A DNA stretch of 64,000 nt. Origin: Pelomyxa schiedti (taxonomy: Eukaryota > Protista > Evosea). Positions 36,439-48,847 of this stretch are shown piece by piece. Below the pieces are notes generated by a model. The model saw only the letters and a list, made by a program, of their open reading frames with translations, did not search any database and had not been told where the DNA came from. The DNA is taken from assembly GCA_020536535.1 (NCBI GenBank), contig JAHLWZ010000841.1, forward strand, positions 1-64,000, read 5' to 3'. Position 1 is the first letter of the stretch, and every line of letters begins with the position of its first letter. A program made the translations under genes and the position numbers.

Positions 36439-39400
36439 ATGAACGGCAATAAGCCTTTGTTGGACCAAGATGAGCAAGATGACAGGCACCAATCGGGGGA
36501 ACGTAATGTGAAGACGCACCAGAGGGGCGTAAACGACTCGTCATCTTCGTCGTCGCGCGGCGTTTCCGTGCACAAACTATGGGCCACCCCTCCAGATCTC
36601 GGCTCGGCTCCCCCGCCTTCCCCTCGTCGCGCCCGCAGCAGCGGCGCGATGGAGGAGGCGCGACTTCGCACAAAGATAATACGCAAGGGCGCGTATCACG
36701 CTGCTGCATGGTGGGTCTGCTTGTCATTAGCCGTGTGTGCGTGCGCGGCGGCCTCGGATTTGTGGCTGTGGAGGATCGCCCCAGTGGTGGAGAGTAGGGT
36801 GAAGGGAACTTTTTCTGAGGAGAGGGCTTTTGATTGGCTTACTGCAATTGCTTGTATTTGGCTGGCTGTTTTTTTTCTTTGGTTTTGAAGTTTTTTTTTT
36901 TTTTTTTGCTCTTGTTCTTTTTTGGTTTGCCACACGTCTCATTTGCGACAGCAATGGGGCCACGTTGCGTTGGAAGCGGGACTCTCCTCGATGTGTACTC
37001 TTATCTCCAGGAGCAAGTCACAGATATGACTGAAAATCAGATCAATCAAAACCTTTCTGTCGAGATGAATTTTACGTATGTTCTGTACCAGTTCTAGACT
37101 AGTATCATTTTTGTGAAGGACTTCACTTTCTGGTGCTGGAGAGAGTGTCATCTACTATGAACTTCCTATGTTGTATGTTAAACTGTCCTGTGCAGGTATG
37201 ATCATCGGTTTTTACTCTCTCTGAAGCAATTTTCAGAATCTGAAGATCCTAGCTTGCTTCTCATTGCTCACGCTGGTATCTTTTAAACCATTTTGTATAT
37301 GGTTTTAATCTAAATATCCAGATTCGGTGTGCACAGGGTTTGTACATCTCATGAGGGCATCATTAATTTTTGTTAGGCAGGGAGTATCTGACAATGCATA
37401 TGGAGTGTCTGAATTTCTCGAGATAATTTACACTTTAACTAGTTCAGCAGACATAACTCTCAAGTACTGTCATGCCAAATAATACAGCTACCAACACATG
37501 TTACAGATCTCCTATTATTTTTTTGTTCTCTGTCTCCGAATTTGGACTTCCACCGGTGAGTGGGGCTCTGAGGTCTCTTCCGTGGAATGTGTATGTGTAC
37601 TTCGTTTTTTTTTACCTCTGATTATGTCAGGAGTTCAGCTAACGCCTTTCTCTCTTTTGATTCTGCTGGTTCCGCAGTCGAGATTGCACTCTTTGCACAT
37701 GTGATCACCCACCCACCAATATTAGTTTTAATTTGTTTTTAGGCAGACACTATGAAATTGGCCAGCCCTTATGAAAACGCTCCATATCCTATGTCTATTC
37801 CCTTTTTTGATGACTTATTTCGGTTTGAACGTTCCGAACAAACTGGGTTTAGTAATTGTTAAGCAGACATGGATTCTTCTTGAGAACAAACAACCACAGT
37901 ATAAAGTATTCTCTACCTTTCGGCAGGCAATCAACACAATATTTTTCTAGTATATGATGAACTTGGACTCCCAGGGGCTCAGTTTATTCACTTCCCCTAC
38001 GCCGATACCTATCACACTGCACTGGACGATTTGGATCACGTGAGGACAGGTACTTTGCAGGCTGACGGAGAAAACACAATGTATCCCAACAGTACTTTAT
38101 GAAAATTCTAATTTCAATTTAGGCACTTATTACAAACACTCGTAATGGAAAATACTCTTTCCTCTCAACTTGAGAAGCAATCCAAAGGGGATTCCGTAAT
38201 ATGGACTGGGCCGGGCATGTTAATTGTCTCAAGAGTGAACTCCATACGAGTAGTTTGGCTCTCGTTCACCTTAGCTGTTTTGGTGGGCTTTGGTGGATGT
38301 GCTTTACTTGCACTTGCGAAAGAGTTTATAACTCTCAAACGCCTACTCAACTTGGGACTCGTGAGCGCGATTTCTTTATTATATACTATACTGGGTTCTG
38401 CAACAGGGCTAGGCTTATCACTGCTGTTGGGGGAATTTTTATCATTGGCAAATCCATTTACCTACTGTAGCAATTATCTAGAAATCTGCCTCATGTTTGT
38501 CCTGGCTCCTTTGTAACATTTTCCAATATCTTACCAGGTGTGCTTCTTGCTGTGTAATTGGAGCCTCCTTGCATTCGTTCCTTTTAGAAGAGACAATTTG
38601 GCAAATGAAGAAGCGTGGAAAAATCGGACGTTTACTGCCAATTGATTTACAGATATGCTGCCTTGTGGGTGTAAGCATAATGTGCGTTGTTGCTTGCGCC
38701 GTTTTTCATATTAATTGTGGTAGGTATAACATCATTACTGTCACACTTCTTGCTGCGGACTACCGATTCGCCTCAATATTCATTTATCCTTCCCTAGCAG
38801 GTTGTCTTACCAATACTGGTCCGTTAATTGACTTCTCCCTCAGGACCAGTCTGTATTGCGTTGCAGATAGGCACTAAAGTTTTGTTTACACACATTACCT
38901 TCCTCAAATTATGTCAGGTAAATTCCCATCATCAAAAGGAAACAGTAACAACAACCTTAGTTGAAATGGTACGGCCGCCTTTTACGGGCCGTTGTATGCC
39001 AGTGGGTTCCTTTCGCCGCATTACTAGCGTTTCCTTTTTTCTTTGTATTTCCAACAATTGTACCCTTCCTACGTTGAATTCCCCCATCTCATTTCAAAAA
39101 GATTTTTGTAATATCTTCCATGGGACCCCAGGTACAATACTCGCAAACTATGCTTAATTAAGCTGGTTACAGCTTGCCAACTATACTCTATCTGGTACTC
39201 TAATCTTATGTACAGTTGTCACACTCCTGTTTATGGTTTGGGAATATTTCCTCCCCCCCATTGCCTCCATTTAAATGACCAAAACTTAGTCTTCTATCCA
39301 AATTTTAATACCATATACACACGGTGGGACAACACTCACCTGGGGGGATGCAAGCTCGAGATTTGCAAACTCCGAAAGGTTCAACCTAGGCCTTCACAAC

Positions 39401-40313
39401 TATTTCTAAGCCATCATTAGTTGTGGAGTTCTACCTGAGCCAGTAACTCATATACAAGGTTCACGCTCCACGGGGCTGTGGGTCGTAGCCATATTCTTTG
39501 CAACGGTTGCTATGTGTCTATTTGTTGCATCGATGTGCTTGGCACCTTTTACAGAATACGTACATTTGAAGTACTATGCTTCAATGGTTCATAAACCGAC
39601 AGAAAATGACACATATGTGTGCTGCTTCTTCATATTCCCCGCACATCTAAACAAACACAGATAGTTGTTGTTCCTGCTACTGGAGATTCTACACTACATG
39701 ACTATCTTTCCTCCTTTGGGTACAACAGTTTGGAAAGTTGCCCCTCATTCTGGTCTGGAGTGGCTAGTAACCGTATTGATTGCTATCCAGCCGAGCTGCC
39801 CTCCACTCTGGTCACGGAATCAATTACTGTGAGTTAATTTTCCTTTCTTTCTCCTCATCACTTTAAACTAGCAAGAGGAATATTTCAACACAAGTACCTC
39901 AACCAGGAACATTGAACTATCCATCAATGGCACTCGCTTCCCCTGGATTACTCTCTACTTTGACCAGGAAGTCTCTGGTGATATCACGTTTGACGGTGTC
40001 CAGGCTTTGTACGTACACAATTGGTTGTAATTTCACTCCCCACTAAACAAAAAACCCTCACAGAGGCACCACCCTCCAAGCCAACGAACCCTTCAAGTAC
40101 TACAGCGGCAATCCAGACCTACATCAGCACAACATCACCATCGCTCTGCCGTATCACACTGCCTCACTTGTAGTGAACGTGCTATGCCAGTCCCCTGATG
40201 TTGACCCACAAATATCACAGCTTTGGGACGATTCGCCCGTTTGGAGTCTGCTGTGGGGACCTGACTACCAACCAACAGTGATTCACCTGGTGGCCTCCTT
40301 CCCTGCCCTTTGA
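36439..40313 (+). CDS. M28-family multi-pass membrane peptidase (ERMP1-like)
   Basis: FSEERAFDWL, GPRCVGS, IAHADSVCTGQGVSDNAYGV, YHTALDDLDHVRTGTLQADGEN, then multiple TM segments. Confidence 0.8.
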
Positions 40314-40396
40314 GTTTAGTGTAGCACCAACAATGAATACTAAATAAATGAATGTACTTTTTGTTGTGTGAAATACAGTGGTTTTTCCTTTTTTTG

Positions 40397-41743
40397 TCAC
40401 TCCGAGGAATCAGAGTCTGAAGATACTGATGACGATTCTGAAGAGGAAGAAGAAGAGGATTCTGATGAGGAAGAGGATTCTGAGGATGAAGAGGAATGAT
40501 GTTTTCTTTTAGTTCTCAAATGTGACTTCTTTTTAGCTTTGGTCTTGGCCTTGCTGGTTTTATCTGGTTTTTTCTTGGAGTGCAGTTTGGGAATACGTCC
40601 TGCTATGACTGCTACACGGTGTTTCTCTTTCATTTTTTCCACAGCATAGCGTATGCCCTCTTTGGACATTTGTTGGCGGTGAGTGCCTATAAAGTCCAGA
40701 ACACATTGTGTGTCAGCGAGGCTAAGTTCCCTTAGAAGCCACCCAACACCGAGCTGCACAAATCGGAATTCTTCCCTAAAATAATTGTGAGGAGTTGGTG
40801 AATGTGGAATTCTTTGCAGTACACACTTGACACATTTCTCACAGATTTTCAGGATAGTAAAATTGTGCTTTCCAAATCTGGCCAGTTTCACAAAAGAAAC
40901 GCAGCAGCAACGCTTCACCCATACGCAAGGATCAGTCCTCCATCTTGATACTATATCAACACATTCCGTATTATCTTTCAGCATATAAAATACTACCTAC
41001 TCAAAAGAGATTAGCCAAAGCTAAGCACACAACACAACAGACATAGGCACCTTGGATGCAACGGTGTCACATGATGCCCAATCATGCAAGCATTCAACGA
41101 GGGCCAATCTGATTCGCTCCAGGTCTCGTCGTGGATTCAGTAACTTGACATACTTGGAGAGGAATATCGCGCCCGCACTCCGCATTTCAATGAACATATC
41201 TAAACATCAATTAAGAGACGGAGCCGGGAAAAAAAACAAAAAAAAAAAACAAAACCCCAGGCACACACCATTTAATAGCACGAATCCAGCTTCTATCATT
41301 TCAGATGGGTCAGCTGATTTGATCAGTGGCCTCGTAATGGCCAGCACCTCAGGAGACCTCACTCCCAGGCTTTGAACGCGGTTTTTCATGTACGATTGCA
41401 TCCTCGACGCCTGCGCGTGGTTGGTCTTGCCCCTTAGCTTCTTCTTGACCTCCGCGACGACCTCTCTCGCAAAGTCATATTTCACATCAACACCATCGAG
41501 GATGGGATCCCAATAGAGGCGTTGCGGCTGCGACGAGGCTGCTGTGGTGCTGGTTGTGGTGCTCGTCGTGGTAGAAGTGGCCGAGGATTGTTCGCTGCTG
41601 TCGGATTCGGCGTCGCCACTATTGTTGGCGGTGTCGGAGGTGGTGGTAACGTAGGCACAACAGTGTGGAGTTATGGGAGCAACGGGAGTGGCAGTTCTCG
41701 ACGTTTTGGGAAGAGGGCCAGAGGGACGCTGTGCCCCGTCCAT
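40397..41743 (-). CDS. DNA alkylation repair (AlkD-like HEAT-repeat) protein
   Basis: ASRMQSYMKNRVQSLGVRSP, WASCDT, WRTDPCVWVKR, FRFVQLGVGWLLRELS, GIRYAVEKM. Lys/Ser-rich tail. Confidence 0.85.
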
Positions 41744-42085
41744 ATTTTGAACCGTTTAATTTGGGGTCTGTTTGGATCTATTCACTTCTCAGGGGGTGCT
41801 GGGGTCATTCTCGCCTCAGAATCACAACAGGGGAATGGTGCCGGTTGGTTTGGAAGTAGACAACCATTTCACTGGAAGTCCTGTCGAGACTCCCACAAGG
41901 AGAGAAAATTTCGTTCCAACTGTAGATGTCGGTTCTTTCTGTGTGGAAACGCGAGATTTCACTTGGCTGAATAAAAAAAACACCATACCACCGAGCCTGA
42001 GCGACGATAACGAAAGTACAGCGTTCCGGTCTGTTGATTATTTTATTCAGCCACTTGGTGAAGTTGAGGGGAACTCCATAGATCA

Positions 42086-45000
42086 ATGTCGGGTGGTGGT
42101 AAGTCATGCTACGCCAGTGACAACACGACAAGTGGCGGTGGCGGCACGTCCCCTACTCCGGCGCCTTTGCCGGTGTTGCTCCCTCCAGATCCAAGTCGGC
42201 CGTCACCTTACGCTGCTAGTGCCGCTACAACAACTTCTACTTCTTCTTCTTCGAGTGGTGGGGGCGGCAGCGGGGAGGCGGTTGTGGCTAGTGACGGGCT
42301 TGAGATTTGTGCAGTTTTCTCCTCTGTTTGCGGGGCAAATATTAGCGGGCTCCCTGGGGTGGGGCTTTGTTCCATTTCTTCGTGTTTTTGTTGAGGTTGG
42401 CTCTTTCTAACTTCTGCGGCCAAGGGAGGAGATAGTCTATTCGCTGCCATTGAAGTTATGGGTACACCACCGGGATTCAAATCTCAGTTGAAGAAAGATG
42501 TCATCTTGATTGTGCGTGTGCAATCCCAGATATTCAATCTTAGTACCTGCTGAACTTTGTATAACAAGGTCGATGTAAGTGGTTCAATGTGTACAGCAAT
42601 GACCCAAGTCCATGAGGCAGTGAACTGCGTAGCTAGAGCTCTAGGGTAGAACTTAGAGTGTAGTTTTGTACTCTCCTCATTCCTTATGATTTTTTTTCCC
42701 AGAAAGGGAGATAGACTGGGTATAGTCTCCTTCAACAACAATGCCAGCATCATTTTGCGTTTATGTGCCCCAACTGGCAAGGAAATAGCAAGCGCATGTA
42801 AAAAGCTGGTTGCTGATGGTGGCACAAACATCGAGGCCGGAATAAGGGTATCCCAGTATTGCCATGTCATTCAAAAATAAATTGAATTGTAATTGTGACG
42901 ATGCAGGAAGCATATGAACTTATCCTGGACGCTGAATCGATGACTGATGGTAGAATAACAACGGTTATCCTTTTATCAGATGGGTATGATAATCGTGACA
43001 CTCTAAGTTTTTACCTGCTACAGACAACCAAATTCGGGGATTTCTAATGCTCCCGAGCTTTGCGAGATTAGTAAACACTTGTTCCTTTCCTTAACGGGCG
43101 CATATCAAGTGCTTTTCCACTCCCTTGGCTTTACTGGTACCAGCAATCTTTTGTCATTATAGACTCTTAACCTTAGAAGATGGGCATGACCGGGTGCTAC
43201 TATCTCAGCTCACCCAATGTGGGAACTTCGGAAAAAATGGGATGTATTACAGTCTATCCACTAACGAGGATATCAGAAGCTCTGTTGGTTTGTTTGCTCT
43301 ACATTTGTTCTTAGGTAATCTCTTTTTTTTTTTCCCCAACCAAGGTGACTGTCTTGGGGGGAGCTCTCATATTTCGGCATCAAATATAGTGACTACCTGC
43401 AACTCTTTTGATCGTGAAGAACATCGTATGTGCTGAATGGTTGCACTCGTGGCCTAAAATAAATTTTACTCCTTGCAGTAATTGCAGATGGACGTTTTCT
43501 AGTGTTCACAGGGCAAAATCAAGACCCAAGCAATTCTTGTAATTTGCCTCTCATAGCGGAGCATCAGCGGCATATATTTCTTATGTACCTGCCCTCTGTG
43601 CTGCCCAGTGCATTCTCCATCAAAGTTACGGTAACATTTCAGACCAATGATAAGCGTGCGACCTACCAAACTGTATTCTCTCCTGCATAAAGTATTCGTC
43701 TTACTACTTAATCAGATTGACTCTAAACTCACTGCTGAATCGCCCACTGATCACACGCCTCAGTTCCTCAAAGTAGCATCACAGGTATTTTTTTTACTTA
43801 ACGACTTGCATTGTCAATTTGGCTAGATTTTGCGTGTCAGAGTTGGTAATATGCTGAGTCACGCCAGTGACTCAGCATTTCATTCCCTGGCCAATGAAAT
43901 TGAAACGCTTCATGACACCATTCTTCAAGTTCAGTTCAACTGCATCCCTTCACGAGGAACACCAACCCTAACACCACCTTACACAGATTTTTGAAACTGT
44001 TCAACTTTCCGAAAGTGATATCCTTATACGAGAAGAACAATTACTTGATGCTTTAGAACGAGATTTGGGAGAGGTCTGAAAATACATTCTCTTTTCAAGT
44101 TATGATTTTGAACCAACTGCTACCAGGCTCTTGATATGGCCAGCCGGCGTACCCCTGCCAGTGATGCGCACAAAGTTGCTAGATTACTTCAGTTCTCATC
44201 AGAGCATCTACATCAACAAAGTGCCTCAACTGCGTCACATGTCAGGGACCTTTACACAACTCCACAACAAAATGCAATGCGGTTGAGATTTTTAGGTGGA
44301 ACGAGCACAGTATGCCCTAGTTTGCAAGTAAAAATCTACTCATATTCCGCAGGAAGATGTCCAAGCAGCTAAAAGAGCGGTTCCTCTTGAAGAACCCAAG
44401 CTCACAGAAGCCCAGCTGAGCAAAAGGAGGTTTGTTTTATATCCTACGACATTGCAGTAATCAAGTATTATCTTTCTTACAGAGAAGTAGAGGAAGAGTG
44501 AGTACCTTCACCAAACTCTGTTTGTTTCACTCATTCACCAAGGTGCTGCTATGTTTCGTTGGAAAATTGGCGCACTTGCCACCTCGGGATTGGACTCTTG
44601 GTTCGCCCTCGCACTGCTAGAGAACGGTCAGCAATTAATACCACGCAATATCCATTAAACCAACTCAACAACTGGCAATAATTAGATTCAAGAATCTTAT
44701 GCCACGCGTTGAGCTTGTTCAAGATTACCTTTCTTCTGAAGCCTATGATGCAGGTGTCAGGGCTGCAGTGACTTCTCCAAGTAACGCTTATCCTTCCACA
44801 CTCCTTTTCTCAGCAGTAGTCTGCCAGCTGCTATGCTAGATCGAGAAGATGCAGAAGAGTTCGATAAACACTCCATGATGAGGTCTTCAGTGAGAGAGCG
44901 AGTTAATGCCTGGTAGTTCTATGGTCGGTTAAAAACGTTCTGATCTTTTTCTTTAGGCTTCCACTTTATATAAATTCAACGAATTGGAAATACTCAAAGC

Positions 45001-47195
45001 ATATTGTATTGCTATTTGTGTCATAATTAATTTTAACACTCATATCAGGCACCTCCCGCTTTTTCAATTATTGCTACTCAGGTATTCTCATGTCACCATA
45101 AATAGTTGTTCACCTCCCTTTTTTTAGTTCAATGATCTGTTTCAGCCGATGTAAGTAATTTTCTCTAATCAGCAATGTCCTTATTTCACAAGATTCGCAC
45201 TCAAAGTGTGCAGTAAATTACTCATCCAAAGTGTTGTAAAGGTTACCTTATGATGCTTTCCCTTCTCTTCTCTCACATAATACTGCAGTTCATGGTTGAA
45301 GACCAGCATGCTTCAGAGAGAGCTCTTCAGATGTACATGTGATTATCGTCATTCACACTCCTAATCTGTGAAGGTACTGTGACGTGCACAGACTGTTCCT
45401 TCAGGTTGCAGTTGAATACCCTGAGGTGGTCACTGAAGCTGGTTAGTTATACTTACCACCATATTTTTATGAGCCTCATAACTCGCAGAAAGGATTCTCA
45501 ATAATTTTATCACACTTCCAAGTTCCCGTTGCCGCAAAGAAACGCCTGATCTTGGAGACATGATTGAGGTGTCAAATCTTCCCACTCATTCCACTCATTT
45601 ACTCATAACTGTAATAGTATCTAGCAATCACTGACGCTGTGTCATGGGAAGCGCTGAAGGAGCCTTACATACAAGAGGCCGTGCGGCGTAATATTAGGCA
45701 CATCGAGCATATTGCGTTGCATACCATCAGTGGTGGTGTTGGTGGACTACTGGACACCTGGATGAAAGTGACCAACAGTGGGAGGGTTACGATGTTCAAT
45801 GTATTATTTTTGAGGACCGTTGCCCGCCCAGAGGGAATGACGATAGACCAAATTAGGGTTTCTTTCCTAATGTGTAAAGTGATTAATGTGAGCACAGGGA
45901 ATGTACGATGCAAACTGGGGCAAGCTCCCAAATGAAATTTTTGCAGAGATGAAAAAAGGGCCTGCGAAAATCTTTTCAGTGAAGACACCAACTCTCTGCG
46001 AATTTATTAACATATTTTTTATAGGTAACGACGCTTCCAGAAGTGTTTAACATGATGGGCATTAACATACCACCAGGCATATTTTTTCCCTTAGTCCAAG
46101 TGAGAATAACCCCACAAAGAGGCCATAGCCGAGCTTATTCTTTGGGGATTTGAGAATAGGGAAGAAAGTGCCAGCACAGCACGGTTTCTGGAATTTAGCT
46201 TCTTTCTTTACCCTCAACTCCCATAAAGGTATCAGGACGGTTTACCCAAATCCGGAAGTACACGCTTGGAGGTACCACAAAACTTTTGGGCAATGTACTA
46301 TTTCACACTTTACAGGCCTGGTTGGAGAGATGCAAGTTTTTCGAAGATGCATCCGCAAATCCGCCACCAGAATTAGCTTACAGGCCACCACTCAGATCAT
46401 CCCGATCACGTGTGACAATTGATGGTGTTGGGGCTTTCCTTTCTCGGCTTCAACTCAGTGGTTCCACCCTTCACATAGCTTCTTTGGAATGACAAATTCA
46501 CAGATAATCACAGTGACAAGGACACCTGCCAGTGTTCTAAATGCGAAGCACTGAAGGTCGTTTTTATAGATCATTACGTACGCACTAAACTTGATACCAA
46601 GGCAATTCAATTAAGGAGAGAGCAGTGGCATCCTGAGCGAAATCCAAATATTACTGGGGACCCTGTAAAAACAGTTTTGATTGCAGGAGTACCTTCACGA
46701 GTAACGGAGGTGGATATAAAGCAAGCATTGTCTCAGTATGTGAAATTGTCTACAAATGCCCACCCAACACTCCCTTCTAGATTTGGTCCCATAGCAACAG
46801 TCTCACTTGTAAAGAACAGAGCTGGAAAGCACCGCCATTTTGGATTCGTCGTCTTTGAAAGTGCTGAGTCTGCTGCTGCAGCCTTGAAAAATCAAACGGT
46901 GATGTGCTGTGAGGCCACCATCACCCTTGACAGAGAAAGAGGCCGATCCGACCCCAACTTCACCCCCCATTACTTTGGTTCTCCAGCACCAATTACCACA
47001 CCCCCCATCGTCACCTGTACTCTTCCAACCACCCCAGCCCTAACCCCACCCGCAACCGCAACCGGAGCCAGTAACACAACAACCGCAAACACTACTACAG
47101 CTGCCAACTCACAACCCACTACGTCAAACGGAGGCAACAGTGATGCAAACAAACCCTCTGATATTTGGGATTCCTCTGTGGTTGACCACACTTAG
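42086..47195 (+). CDS. Large multi-exon protein: N-terminal vWA domain, helical middle and C-terminal RRM
   Basis: DVSGSM...DRLGIVSFN...GGTNIEAGI...ILLSDG (MIDAS). RRM IAGVPSRVTEVDIKQALS...FGPI...HFGFVVF. Confidence 0.75.
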
Positions 47196-47275
47196 CGGCT
47201 GGAATCAGCCACTCCTTTACATTGTAATAAGCCGACAGAGGAATAAACTGTTGTTTTTTTGTGTTTGACACAATT

Positions 47276-48263
47276 TTATTGTTTGGGGTGCCCAATAAAC
47301 CATGTTACGGCATCAGCACCTCTGTCCATTGGCTTCTCACCATAGTCCCATGTGAAGGTATCTGAGCCTTCAATGGTAGCCACGATGGAAGCTAGTTCCT
47401 TGTTGGTGTATGTCCTAAGGCAGCTAACAATGGCGTCCACAAGGATAACCAGGGGGGTGATTGGAAAGAGAACAAAGAAAATGAGTCGCAGAATGGAGAA
47501 GGGCTTGCAAAAGAATGTAGCTATAATGGAGCCACTTGCAACACCAGGTATGCACTTGAGTATTCCTGCCACTTAGTGTTATTGCGGCATAAAGACAAAC
47601 ATATACAAGGGAAAACTTCACCAGTCAGTGTTCTTGTTTGTAGTTCAGCAATGAATATTGGTTGTCTATCCTTTATTGCAGATTCAAAAATGCTTCTAAC
47701 CTGAGGTGGCTCAAAGTGATGTATGGAACTGAATAGTGTTCGGATCCCCTCAAGTCCTTGTGGTTTCGTTGCATCAACGGATGTCGGAATAAAGCTAAGC
47801 TTTTGGGCACCAACTACAGATTGCAGAACTTTCCAATGGGAGGTCTCCGGGAAAAGATCAGTAAGAACAACACTGATAGGTTTGGCAGTAGACTTCGCTA
47901 ATTCTCGCATCAGGGATACAACAGGACCCGAGTACCCACTGCACAGATCAATCACTTTTACTTGTGGGCCAGCACACATCTCAACTAGCTTAAAAGTACG
48001 TTAAACCTCGGGAGCCGCTACAATAAAATACCTCGCGGAAGGCAGGTATCAACGCAGTAAAAGGAGGTGGTGGTAAACCAGGTAGTGACCCTGTCCAGTT
48101 CTAAAAGAAAGGTTTTGTTTAAAAAAAAAAACCAAAGTAGTTTCAAAACTATCAAGGAAAAAGGGAAACACACCTCGCACAAAAAGAACAATACCATCCG
48201 CCGTATGAAGGACGGACACCACGCTTGTTCGTGAATTTCTATAAGACGAAGTCGTTTCACCAT
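47276..48263 (-). CDS. Class I SAM-dependent methyltransferase-like protein
   Basis: RLRLIEIHEQAWCPS, VIDLCSGYSGP, VVLTDLFP, VDATK, RTLFSSIHHF, DAIVSCLRTY. Confidence 0.75.
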
Positions 48264-48847
48264 GACTGAGGTTTTTTTTTTTGCTTTGGAGTTGTTGGTT
48301 TGTTGTTGGTTGTACCTTTTTTGATTCGCTTAAGTGAGCCCAAATAAGCACAGTCACAACCCCAAAATGCAACTCCCAGTAGCACGTTGCCACCCGTCGT
48401 CGCTCAGCACCATCGGCACCCGCAAACACACTAGAACACCAAACGGTAGCATAAAAAAAATACAGGAACAAAATAAAATTTGCGAAGATCCTGGAAACGA
48501 AAACTGATGGACTCTGGCCCTGTGCCCTGTACTCGCTTTCATTTTCAACGAAATGGTGAGTTTTCTGGAACTAAAGCTGCGTCTCCACCCCCTCTACAGG
48601 AGGCTTGTTAAGACAAAGGTCTTTGCGTGATATGATGAGGTTGAAAAAAAGAAATTTCTTCGGGGAAGGGCACTTTATTCCGAGATTTCAGTTTTCCTTA
48701 GTTGCCTTAGTTTGTTCCATCAGGGTAACAGAATACAAGTAATTCAATTTGTGCTGGCAATAGTGGTGGCCTACATCAGTACCATTCAGCACTCTTCCAA
48801 GCTCGCTCCAGTTTGTTCTTTTTGTCGCTCGTTGCTTGTTGGTTTAA

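Noticed and set aside
1089-46226. Other TCCCAHAA matches (1089, 3000, 4057, 9000, 28626, 46219)
   Set aside because: They fall in coding or intron sequence or have no structured, terminated RNA at +64. Several chance hits are expected in 64 kb.
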